This document shows positions 54,274 to 63,241 of a stretch of DNA of 64,000 nucleotides, piece by piece (the first letter of the stretch is position 1; each line of letters starts with the position of its first letter). Source of the stretch: Thermodesulfobacteriota bacterium (lineage in GTDB: Bacteria; Desulfobacterota; Desulfobulbia; Desulfobulbales; Desulfocapsaceae); contig JAYEOK010000168.1 of assembly GCA_034722915.1 (NCBI GenBank), forward strand, positions 6,016 through 70,015. Reading direction: 5' to 3'. A program made the translations under genes and the position numbers. The notes under the pieces are model-generated. The model made no database searches, was not told the DNA's origin, and worked only from the letters and a program-made list of their open reading frames with translations.

Positions 54274-54665
54274 CTACTTCCTGAACAACTCAGCGTGGGA
54301 TCCTGTTCGTTCCAGATACAAATCATCGGCGGTAATTCGATAAATCAGAAGCCAATCCGATTCAATGTGACAATCTCTGTGGCCTTTCCAGTTGCCGGTC
54401 AATGGATGATCTTTGTACTTTTGATCCAAGACCTGACCAGTGACCAGCAACTTGATGAGATCAGTCAATTTTTCAGGATTTTTATTCTGGCGTTTAGTGC
54501 CTTACTCCTCAAAAGCTGTCATAAAAAAACAAGAAAATGGAAAGTTCCATTAAAGTTAGCAGGTTAAACATACCAACAAGGCACTTATACCGGCCTCACT
54601 TACCGTTTACCGGTGTTAGTGCGTTTGTAATCTTTTTTGAATTGCGTAGTATAATGAATGTTCAA
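54274..54665 (-). pseudogene. yafQ: YafQ-type mRNA interferase toxin interrupted by a MITE stack
   Basis: Removing the 122-bp insertion restores 90 codons: (TTG)NIHYTTQFKKDYKRTKRQNKNPEKLTDLIKLL...DHPLTGNWKGHRDCHIESDWLLIY...TGSHAELF. Confidence 0.88.
54497..54615 (+). mobile_element. TTA-type MITE stack inserted in yafQ
   Basis: TTA at 54494-96 and 54616-18; body plus 28-bp tail. Confidence 0.9.
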
Positions 54666-54922
54666 CCGTTCAGCTCCTGAAACAGCTGCTCAACAGAATC
54701 CACGGTATGCATTTTTTTTCCATTTTTTGATTCTGTCAATGTTTTTGCTGTAAGATCATTGGGAATCCTAAGCTCAAAAGGAATGCCCTGATGCAGTGTT
54801 ATCTGGGAAAGATACATGGAAATGGCTTCAGACATGGTGATGTTGAGCTTATTTAAAACTTCCTGTGCATTCTTTTTTACGACCGGATCGACACGAGTTT
54901 GGATTGTTGCTGTTTTGATCAT
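54662..54922 (-). CDS. dinJ: RelB/DinJ-family antitoxin
   Basis: TIQTRVDPVVK, SEAISMYL, GIPFELRIPNDLTAKTL; stop overlaps the toxin start. Confidence 0.9.
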   Translation of the reverse strand: MIKTATIQTRVDPVVKKNAQEVLNKLNITMSEAISMYLSQITLHQGIPFELRIPNDLTAKTLTESKNGKKMHTVDSVEQLFQELNG

Positions 54923-55162
54923 GAGATTCTCCTATTGTTGGACTGCCGATGTGTGGACAATGTCACTACGTCTATACTATATTAATTGTAATTAGAAATA
55001 ACAAGGCTCAATTTTTTCACCACAGCCATTTTTTTATTATTTTTGCCTTTCCTTTACGACGCCATCATGTTTGAAAATGTGGTAAAATGTAGCCAAGGCG
55101 ATATTTTTGAATGCTAAGTAAAGACCCCATTAAAAAATTATACCCAAACAAGAGAGAGACAT

Positions 55163-55783
55163 ATGGATTTTAAAGCACATTTGAAAACTGCGTGGGAACA
55201 TACCCTGCAGTTTGTCGTACCGGTTATTCTACTTACTTTGGTTCAACTGGTGGTGATCACCTTAAGTTTCGGTATCCTGGCGCCTGTAACTTCTGCCAGC
55301 TATATGCAGTCCCTGCTTCTGGCAATGCGTGAGGGGCGGGAACCAAAAATTGGAGATCTCTTTTCCGAGATGCGTCTTTTTCTGCCTCTGCTGGTTTTTG
55401 GTGTTCTGGCCATGCTTGCTATCTCGCTGGGATTTATCCTTCTGATAGTACCAGGTTTTCTGGTCACTGGTTTTCTCGTCTTTGCCACCATTTACATGAT
55501 GCCGCTGATGACAGACAGGGGAATGGGCCTGGTTGATGCCTTAAAAGAATCCTGGAGCATGGCAGTGAAAAAACCTCTGACTGACCAAATGGTGCTCATG
55601 GCTCTGTATCTGCTGATTCTTTCAGTGGGCGGCTCTATCCCCATCGCTTTGCTTTTTGCCCAACCTCTTGCCACATTTTTTGTTCTGTCTGTTTACAGAG
55701 AACGATTGCAGGGAGGACAGGCAGCCATAGAGCAGGATTCCGCACCCCAGCCACCGCCACTTTCTTCTGATCACGAGGCCTGA
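55163..55783 (+). CDS. Hypothetical 4-5 TM membrane protein
   Basis: Hydrophobic segments; IGDLF, DALKESW; 9 bp upstream of the radical SAM fusion. Confidence 0.75.
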   Translation: MDFKAHLKTAWEHTLQFVVPVILLTLVQLVVITLSFGILAPVTSASYMQSLLLAMREGREPKIGDLFSEMRLFLPLLVFGVLAMLAISLGFILLIVPGFLVTGFLVFATIYMMPLMTDRGMGLVDALKESWSMAVKKPLTDQMVLMALYLLILSVGGSIPIALLFAQPLATFFVLSVYRERLQGGQAAIEQDSAPQPPPLSSDHEA

Positions 55784-55792
55784 GAATAATCA

Positions 55793-58700
55793 ATGGACAG
55801 TAAAAAGTTTACCGAAAGACATGGCTGGCAGCGTCTTGAATGGGAAGGGACCATTCTCTATGTTCAACCTGATATTCCTGACTGGATTGTTGTTTCAGAG
55901 AAAGCCGATCAATTACTCAGCTCAGAAGAGAGTACTTTTTCCGTTTTTTATGACAGAAATCTACTGGAAAGTGCTTTTGAGATGGAACCGCTGCAACCCT
56001 ATAGCGGGAGGGAACATGCACTGAGTTTAAAGCAGCTCAAGGAATGCTGGTTTCATGTGACTGATACCTGTAATCTCAGTTGTCGGCACTGCCTTTTTTC
56101 CGCATCTCCTGCAAAAACACGAAGCCTTGCCCCGGAACTTCTGCAGAACACGGTTCAGCAGGCGCTTGCTCTGGGATGCCGCCTTTTTTCCTTTACCGGT
56201 GGTGAACCGTTTCTTTATCCTGACTTCCTGCCATTTTTACGTACGCTTCTTGAAAAAAACAGGGATGTGCATGCAGCAGTGTTGACAAACGGCATGCTGT
56301 TGCATCAATTTCTGGATGAACTTGGTGATATGGACAGGCTTCATCTCCAGGTGAGTCTGGATGGTCTGGAGAAAAGTCACGACAGGCAGCGCGGAAGCGG
56401 CAGTTACCGGAAGCTCATGAAAAATCTTGTGGCCATGAAGGAGGCAGGAATTCCTGTCACACTTTCGGTGGCCATCAGTCGTGAGAATATTGATGATCTC
56501 CTGCAGGTAGTAGATATTGCAGCAGAGGTGGGGGCAGCCTCCATCCATCTTCTCTACCATTTTGTAAGAGGGAAGGGGAGTCGGGAGCAATTTATTACAC
56601 CGGATATCATTTTTCCACAACTTCTTGCAGCCTGGCGACGGGCTGTGGAGCTGGGTCTTAGCATCGATAATGTCGAGACCATGCGCAGCCAGATTTTTTC
56701 AACTCCCGGTACTCGTTACGATCTTTCCAATACGGGATGGGAGTCCGTGGCCATAGGGCCGGATGGTATTATTTATCCATCTCCTGCTCTGGTTGGCCTT
56801 GCGCAAACCGCCTGTGGTCATGTGGATGATGGACTGGAAAAAGTGTGGAAGACAAGCCCGCTTCTGAATAATCTGCGCAAGGCCAGCCTGATCAATTCTC
56901 CGGCCTATCAGGCAAACCCTCTGAAGTTTCTGGTGGGCGGCGGTGATACTGATCACAGCTTTATGTCCGGAGCCGATTGGGTGGGGCACGACCCTTATGT
57001 GGAGATTTATAACCGCATCGCTTTGCAGTTGATTTCTGATCAGGCCGGTCAATATACCGGTGAAGGGAAAAATGGGATTCTCCTGCGTATGGGGGATGTC
57101 CGACACGATTGCCTGGAGGATGAAGGGGAAAGCACTGAGGTGGCCCTGACGCACTGTAACTGTCTTATTTCCCTTGCCTCTGATGTTGGCCACAGCTCGG
57201 TACGGGAATTTTATGGTCAGGCAGCACTCACTGCAAATGAAGATATCGTCAATCCCCTGGCACCAGCCCAGGACGCAGCTGATTTTATTCCCGGAAAAAC
57301 AAAAAAGCACTCCTATGGCTGCGGCAGCCCTGTGACGGATGGCGCTCCCGGGGAAGGTGAGACGCTTGTTGATCTTGGTTCCGGTTCCGGAATCGAATGT
57401 TTCATGGCTTCTGCTTTGGTTGGCAGGAGTGGCCGGGTGTACGGCATAGACATGACCGATGAAATGCTCCGGCTGGCTGCGGAATCACAGGAAGAGGTTG
57501 CGGCGCGTCTGGGATATCAAAATGTGGAATTTCGAAAGGGCTTCCTGGAACAGATCCCATTGGATGATGGAACAGCAGATGTGGTGATTTCCAATTGTGT
57601 AATTAATCTTAGTCCTGATAAACGCATGACCTACCAGGAAATTTTTCGTATCCTGAAGCCGGGAGGCCGCCTGGTAGTATCTGATATCGTGACAGATACA
57701 GCAATTCCGGCAACAATCAGAAATAATGTCCGCTATCGTGGCGAGTGTCTTGGCGGGGCCATGCAGCAGGAAGAACTGGTGGCCATGATGGAGGCAGCCG
57801 GGTTTTCCTCCATCCGTTTTATAAAGCGTTTTCCGTATCGTCAGGTTGAGAATATGGATTTTTTCTCCCTTACCTATGAGGCAATTCGACCTGTTGCCTT
57901 AGAGGAGGCAATGGTGGATGTGATCTACAGAGGCCCTTATGGCGCGGTTTATACCGAGTCCGGGATTCTCCTTGTGAAAGGAAGACGCAGCTCCATTCCA
58001 TCAGGAGAGGTGGCTTTTCTTGACGATTCTCTCTTTGTTCTTGATGATAAAGGCGTTGTCACAAATCTGGAGATGGAGAATTCATGCTGTTCTCCACAAA
58101 CCGGGATAAGTGGAGTCGAGAGTAGCTGCTGTGGTCCGGAAAGCACAGATTGTTGCGGCAACCAGGAGAGCGGGTCTGCAACAGAACGAAAAAGTGAAGG
58201 CTGCATGGTTTGCGGTACTGAATTGCACTATTTTACCGATGCAAAAGAAATGTCCTGCAGCTATTGCGGGCGCACGTTTGCAAGCAATGGTTGCTGTGAA
58301 CAGGGTCACTTTATCTGCGACAGCTGCCATCGGGAAAACGGGATCGAAGTCATCAAAACCATCTGTACCGGAACTGCAGAAAAGGATCTCATCACTCTGC
58401 TCGAACTCATCCGCAGCCATCCTGCCATTCCCATGCATGGACCGGAACATCACGCCATGATCCCGGGGATTATCCTTGCCTGTTATCGGAACAGCGGAGG
58501 TGATATCACCAAAGAGGCCATTCTCACCGGCATCAACCGGGGTGCCGAGATCCCCGGCGGAGCCTGTGGCTTCTGGGGAGCATGCGGGGCAGCCATTGGG
58601 GCTGGCATTGCGGTTTCAACAATCCTTGCCGCCACACCTCTTACTCCGGCACCAAGACAGACGGCACAGGCTTTCAGCGCAAAGATACTTTCTGTTATTG

Positions 58701-58924
58701 CAGAGTACCGTGGTGGTCGCTGCTGCCAGCGGGAGACCTGGCTGGCTCTTTCTGAAACAGCCAGATTATCTGAAGAAATGCTTTCTGTTCCCATGGAGGC
58801 AAAAGGGATAATTCGCTGTGAGCAGTATTTGAGAAATAAGGAGTGTATTCGAAAGCAATGCCCTCTTTGGGACAATCGGGTAAAGAATCTCGAACCTGAA
58901 CTGCAGTTTCTTTCCATTCCCTGA
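55793..58924 (+). CDS. Radical SAM - ArsM-like methyltransferase - DUF5714-like Cys-rich fusion protein
   Basis: CNLSCRHC and FTGGEP (radical SAM); YGCGSP, VDLGSGSG, DMTDEM, SNCVINLSPDK, GECLGGA (ArsM); CC-rich linker; CMVC/CSYC/CDSC, MHGPEHH, CGFWGACGAA, GRCCQR (DUF5714-like). Confidence 0.85.
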   Translation: MDSKKFTERHGWQRLEWEGTILYVQPDIPDWIVVSEKADQLLSSEESTFSVFYDRNLLESAFEMEPLQPYSGREHALSLKQLKECWFHVTDTCNLSCRHCLFSASPAKTRSLAPELLQNTVQQALALGCRLFSFTGGEPFLYPDFLPFLRTLLEKNRDVHAAVLTNGMLLHQFLDELGDMDRLHLQVSLDGLEKSHDRQRGSGSYRKLMKNLVAMKEAGIPVTLSVAISRENIDDLLQVVDIAAEVGAASIHLLYHFVRGKGSREQFITPDIIFPQLLAAWRRAVELGLSIDNVETMRSQIFSTPGTRYDLSNTGWESVAIGPDGIIYPSPALVGLAQTACGHVDDGLEKVWKTSPLLNNLRKASLINSPAYQANPLKFLVGGGDTDHSFMSGADWVGHDPYVEIYNRIALQLISDQAGQYTGEGKNGILLRMGDVRHDCLEDEGESTEVALTHCNCLISLASDVGHSSVREFYGQAALTANEDIVNPLAPAQDAADFIPGKTKKHSYGCGSPVTDGAPGEGETLVDLGSGSGIECFMASALVGRSGRVYGIDMTDEMLRLAAESQEEVAARLGYQNVEFRKGFLEQIPLDDGTADVVISNCVINLSPDKRMTYQEIFRILKPGGRLVVSDIVTDTAIPATIRNNVRYRGECLGGAMQQEELVAMMEAAGFSSIRFIKRFPYRQVENMDFFSLTYEAIRPVALEEAMVDVIYRGPYGAVYTESGILLVKGRRSSIPSGEVAFLDDSLFVLDDKGVVTNLEMENSCCSPQTGISGVESSCCGPESTDCCGNQESGSATERKSEGCMVCGTELHYFTDAKEMSCSYCGRTFASNGCCEQGHFICDSCHRENGIEVIKTICTGTAEKDLITLLELIRSHPAIPMHGPEHHAMIPGIILACYRNSGGDITKEAILTGINRGAEIPGGACGFWGACGAAIGAGIAVSTILAATPLTPAPRQTAQAFSAKILSVIAEYRGGRCCQRETWLALSETARLSEEMLSVPMEAKGIIRCEQYLRNKECIRKQCPLWDNRVKNLEPELQFLSIP

Positions 58925-58972
58925 AATATCTTATTTATCCGAATATTTGTTTCTAAGCCGCCGTGGCAGTTT

Positions 58973-59005
58973 GTTTGTAATCCTTTTTGAATTGCGTAGT
59001 GTAAT
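58973..59005 (-). pseudogene. Fragment of a second yafQ 5' end
   Basis: 33 bp with 2 mismatches to 54623..54655; reads YTTQFKKDYK on the minus strand. Confidence 0.65.
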
Positions 59006-59309
59006 TCAAAAGCATAGGAATTTCCATTTTTGACATGATCGTCAGGATAAAAAATCTTGTAAATCTTGTTTATCCTGTCGAAAAAGTCCGCCAGCAGGGC
59101 GTTAAGTTGATAGCCCGTCGTCACCAGCACCATCTTTGTTTTCGTGTAATCAGCGGGCACGTGCAGAAGTAGGGAATAGGTCGCTTCTGAAAAAGATGTC
59201 CCGGAATTTATTTTCCGAGAAATGAATAAAGAGATCGACAAATTGTAATAAAATTGTTCATATACTCGTATGGGGCTGTTTGATAAATTTTTTTCAGGAG
59301 GAAAGTCAA

Positions 59310-59429
59310 ATGAGTGGACATGGACATGGGCATGAAAAACCGGAAGAAGATCATACCGTATGCATAAAAGTTGGTATCTTTTTTGTTTTTGTGATTATAG
59401 GATTTTTTGTGATCGGGATGATTAACTAA
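59310..59429 (+). CDS. 39-aa His-rich single-pass membrane protein (not in ORF track)
   Basis: AGGAGG RBS 8 nt upstream; MSGHGHGHEKPEEDHTVCIKVGIFFVFVIIGFFVIGMIN. Confidence 0.7.
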   Translation: MSGHGHGHEKPEEDHTVCIKVGIFFVFVIIGFFVIGMIN

Positions 59430-59483
59430 CACTGGTGATGAACGGTAAGCCATTGTAAAGAGTGCCAGGCAAGTGTTGTTTGT

Positions 59484-59517
59484 AAACCGTCAGAAGCGTG
59501 GCTTCTGACGGTTTTTT
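59484..59517 (+). terminator. Intrinsic terminator after the small His-rich gene
   Basis: AAACCGTCAGAAGC-GTG-GCTTCTGACGGTTT-TTT. Confidence 0.85.
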
Positions 59518-59525
59518 CTGTTTTA

Positions 59526-59710
59526 GTGCCTTACTCGTTAATTCCTGTCATAAAAAACAAGAAAATGAAAAGTTCGTTTAACGTTAGCAAGTTGAACATA
59601 CCAACAAGGCACTTATACCCCTCAAGGGGGTACTGCAAAGAGTGCCGGCCTCACTTACCGTTTACCGGTATTAGACTCCAGTGAACTTGATTGTTTCCAG
59701 TTGAACCGGG
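59526..59710 (+). mobile_element. TTA-type MITE stack with palindromic insert, followed by a degenerate 34-bp tail
   Basis: TTA 59523-25 and 59671-73; insert 59616..59642. Confidence 0.85.
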
Positions 59711-59723
59711 TGAGAGGAAGCGT

Positions 59724-60416
59724 GTGGCAAAAAAAAAGTTTTATGCAGTGGTTAGTGGGCTAAAGCCTGGGATTTATACTTCCTGGCCGGAAGCTGAGGC
59801 CCAGGTAAAGGGGTATGGTGGGGCAAAATTCAAAGGTTTTGCCAGCCGTGCTGAAGCTGAGGCCTGGATGGATAACCCTCCTGAGTGGCAGCAGAAAAAA
59901 AAGCCGGTAAAGAAAAAAACAACACCATATGAATCTCCGGTGGTTTCTGGTGATCGCATAGAGATTTACACCGATGGTGGTGCTATAAACAATCCGGGTC
60001 CCGGAGGATATGGTGTGGTTATTCTCGCAGAAGATACAATACGTGAACTTACCGGAGGCTACCTGCACACCACCAATAATAGAATGGAGCTTATGGCCTG
60101 TATTCAGGGCATTGAAGCTCTTCCTTCGCGCAAGAGAAAAGTTGCTCTTTTTTCAGACTCCAAATATGTGGTGAATGGGATCAGTAAGGGCTGGGCCCGG
60201 GAATGGCGCAAACGCGGATGGCTCAAATCTGACGGAAAACCTGCAGTGAATCCTGATCTCTGGGAGATGCTGCTGGATCTTACCCAGGGGCTTGATATTA
60301 GTTTTCACTGGGTGAAAGGCCATGCTGGTCATCCTTTGAACGAACGCTGTGATCAACTGGCTGTACAGAGTGCCAGGGGAGATGGTCTGGTGGAAGATTT
60401 CGGTTATAAGGGGTGA
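59724..60416 (+). CDS. rnhA: Ribonuclease HI with N-terminal hybrid-binding (caulimovirus VI-like) domain
   Basis: FYAVVSGLKPGIYTSW...FKGF; IYTDGGAINNPGPGG, TTNNRMEL, DSKYV, WVKGHAGHPLNERCD. Confidence 0.95.
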   Translation: MAKKKFYAVVSGLKPGIYTSWPEAEAQVKGYGGAKFKGFASRAEAEAWMDNPPEWQQKKKPVKKKTTPYESPVVSGDRIEIYTDGGAINNPGPGGYGVVILAEDTIRELTGGYLHTTNNRMELMACIQGIEALPSRKRKVALFSDSKYVVNGISKGWAREWRKRGWLKSDGKPAVNPDLWEMLLDLTQGLDISFHWVKGHAGHPLNERCDQLAVQSARGDGLVEDFGYKG

Positions 60417-60828
60417 TATAAGGACACAATTTCAGTACAACCCCACATTCAGATGTTCCATGATTCGTTTGAAACCTGTACCTGGAATAGTGTAACTTCA
60501 GGTACCTGCTTTACTCATAACATCCCGCTCTGCGCACTTTTTGAGCAAGCCCTTAGCATTTCAGCATGGATCCCCGATTACTACTTCGGGGATGACGAAT
60601 TTCACACTCAAAACGTCTTCCTTCGTAATACCGCTCCTGCGGTGTTACGCATTTGTTGGCGCTCTGCGCCGAGAAAGAGCAAATTGAATGGTTTGGCGTT
60701 TACATAATCTGGCGCAGAGCGCCTTGGGGCAGATGACACCGCAGGAGCGGATGTCACCAGAAAGCAGCTTTATGAAATTTTAAAACAGCCTGTCGTGAAA
60801 AGGGAGCAAAGGCTGGAACAAAGATATC

Positions 60829-61563
60829 TCACATATTACCAAGCAGATGCTGAATAATGGCGACTGCTGCAATGTTTGCGGTTTCAGCCTTCAAGATGCG
60901 GGGGCCGAGGCTTACTATTTGAAATCCTGTTTTTTTTGCGTATTCCACCTCTTGGGTTGGAAACCCTCCCTCCGGGCCCAAAACAATCTGCAGGCCTGCG
61001 TTCCCTGTTTGGAGAGTGTGGGAGTGTAATGAATTCTCCTGTTGTGCCTCCTCCCAGAATAAAATTTTCTGTACGGACTCGCCATGCTGTACGAGCATTT
61101 CTTCCAGAGAAAGTAATGGCTTCAGCTGCATTTTGATGGGGTTGTTACACTGCTTGCAGGATTCCTCTATGATACGCTGCCATCGTTCATATTTTGTTGA
61201 AATTTTAGATAGTTCTGTTTTTTTCCACTGACAGCGCTCACTGTAATACGGAGTAAACTCTGAAACCCCGAGTTCCGTACACTTTTGCACAAGAAGCTCC
61301 ATTTTCCGGCCCTTGAGTACGCTCTGGCATACCCGCAGTGGAACTCCTTCCTTTTTGATATGAACAGAGGAAATAAGTTTTAATTTCAGCTGCCTGCCCA
61401 TGGCGATAATTTCGGCATTATGGATATTACCCCTGCCGTCAAGCAACTGCAGGGTAGTACCTGTACCTAAGCGGAGAACTCGGGCTATGTGGTGAGATTC
61501 CTGTTCGGAAAGCAGTATCTCATTGCTGATTTCAGTTGCGGGATTTATGAAAAAACGTCGCAT
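60829..61563 (-). CDS. rsmE: 16S rRNA m3U1498 methyltransferase
   Basis: HHIARVLRL, KCTELGV, ESCKQC, LGPEGGF, LGPRILKAETA. Confidence 0.95.
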   Translation of the reverse strand: MRRFFINPATEISNEILLSEQESHHIARVLRLGTGTTLQLLDGRGNIHNAEIIAMGRQLKLKLISSVHIKKEGVPLRVCQSVLKGRKMELLVQKCTELGVSEFTPYYSERCQWKKTELSKISTKYERWQRIIEESCKQCNNPIKMQLKPLLSLEEMLVQHGESVQKILFWEEAQQENSLHSHTLQTGNAGLQIVLGPEGGFPTQEVEYAKKTGFQIVSLGPRILKAETANIAAVAIIQHLLGNM

Positions 61564-61848
61564 GGTGGTGGTTTTTTAAGGTTGGATTTTGTGTATAACC
61601 AGAGTACGCCGGAATAAGTTACAATCGTTGTACTGTCGGGTATCCTGTTTTCAATAGAATAGAGCCATCATAAAAGAAAAGCAATACACTATGGGGGAAA
61701 ATAGTTGCCTTCTATTTATGAAAACGATAGTTTTTATAAAGATGCTTTTTGTTGATGGCGTCGTAAAAAACAATTTTGATGAGTTTACCAATATTTTATG
61801 AGAATAAAGTCCGATATAACTGATTGAGCAGGACTCGAAGGAGAAAAC

Positions 61849-62247
61849 ATGTCAGCAGGCGAACGCAGACAACATGAACGGTTTTCCATGGAGATACAGG
61901 TAAAGATGACTGCAGAAACTTTATCTGGCAAGACACCAATGATGGAATTCCGGACAGCAAATATCAGCGCTGGCGGTGCTTTGATAGAAACAAACGAACC
62001 CTTGCCTTTGGCCAGCAAGCTTCGTTTGGAGTTTCTGGCTTCTTTGGAAAATCTGCAGACGCTGAAATTTATACTCTCTCTTGAGACGCTTAAGGCCTGG
62101 AAGGGAAGGCGGGTGTGGATTAGTGCCTCCGCTATTGTGATCCGGCATGAGACTGGTGGTATGGGGATCATGTTTGATGAAAATTATCAGATACATCCTA
62201 TGGAAATCTCTGAACCCGGGGAACGTCAGGATAATTTGGATATGTGA
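61849..62247 (+). CDS. PilZ-domain protein
   Basis: ERRQHERF (RxxxR) and NISAGG (D/NxSxxG). Confidence 0.85.
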   Translation: MSAGERRQHERFSMEIQVKMTAETLSGKTPMMEFRTANISAGGALIETNEPLPLASKLRLEFLASLENLQTLKFILSLETLKAWKGRRVWISASAIVIRHETGGMGIMFDENYQIHPMEISEPGERQDNLDM

Positions 62248-62258
62248 CAGGGCTGGCG

Positions 62259-63185
62259 TTATGATGTTTTCCGAAAGTGGAGAGCAGCCCATTCGTCCTG
62301 CTGCGCTCTGCCTTCAAATGTAAAACCACTCTTTTCAAACAGGCGGAGTATGTTTTTCTCCTGTTCGCCGTGGAGAATTCCTGACAGCACCAGGTTGCCG
62401 TTTTTTTCCAGAAGTTTATTAAAGTCCCTGTTCATGGTTATGAGTACATCATGAATAATGTTAGCGACAATGAGGCTGAAACGCTCTTGTATCTCCTGAA
62501 GCGGAGTACGTGTCACTTCCATGGTCAGGTTCAGATTGTTCAGGAGCACATTTTCAGTGGCTGCCCGAACAGCTTCCGGATCGTTGTCAATCCCGAGCAC
62601 CCGTGCAGCTCCGAAAAGAGCTGCTCCCATTCCAAGAATTCCGGTTCCGGTTCCCACATCAAGAACGCAGCTCTCTCTGTTGGTGGAGAGAATCTGTCTG
62701 ATAAAATCTAAAGAAAGACTTGTTGTTGCATGGTGACCGGTGCCAAATGCCATTCCCGGATCCATGACAATTACCTGTTCTCCCTGTCTGGCTGTGTATT
62801 TTTCCCAGGTTGGGGCGATCACCAGTCCTGGTGTGATTTCAAAGGGGGTGAAATGAACTTTCCAGTTATTTGACCAGTCCTGATCTTCAAGAAGTTCCCA
62901 GGAGATTTGTGGCTGTTTAACCTGGAAAATTTTGGCCAGTTCTATCAGATATGTTTCAAGTTTGTTTTGTAACTGTTGTTGTGATTGTTCGTCAGGGCTT
63001 TGATCTTCCAGATAAACATTGAGGCAAAGATCAGGATCATCAGTATCAACTGCCTGTTCAACACCTGCACCCATCACTCCGACCAGGAAATCAACAACAG
63101 CTTCCTCCAGAGTTGGATCTATCTTAAGCTGAGATTTGAGCCAATAGGGAGTACTGTCATCGGGAGTACTCTTATCTTGTGTCAT
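62259..63185 (-). CDS. prmA: Ribosomal protein L11 methyltransferase
   Basis: DWSNNWK, MDPGMAFGTGHHATT, LDVGTGTGIL, VANII, LSGIL. Confidence 0.95.
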   Translation of the reverse strand: MTQDKSTPDDSTPYWLKSQLKIDPTLEEAVVDFLVGVMGAGVEQAVDTDDPDLCLNVYLEDQSPDEQSQQQLQNKLETYLIELAKIFQVKQPQISWELLEDQDWSNNWKVHFTPFEITPGLVIAPTWEKYTARQGEQVIVMDPGMAFGTGHHATTSLSLDFIRQILSTNRESCVLDVGTGTGILGMGAALFGAARVLGIDNDPEAVRAATENVLLNNLNLTMEVTRTPLQEIQERFSLIVANIIHDVLITMNRDFNKLLEKNGNLVLSGILHGEQEKNILRLFEKSGFTFEGRAQQDEWAALHFRKTS

Positions 63186-63241
63186 GCCTTTTCCTCATAT
63201 GGTTGAGTGATCTATCGTGACCTCGCAGCCACAAATCAATT

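Noticed and set aside
55793-58924. Selenocysteine recoding in the fusion or neighbouring Cys-rich genes
   Set aside because: No in-frame TGA interrupts the ORF, and the terminal TGA follows a non-conserved tail.
58483-59241. 252-aa minus-strand ORF
   Set aside because: Largely antisense to the Cys-rich domain of the fusion gene and to repeat fragments.
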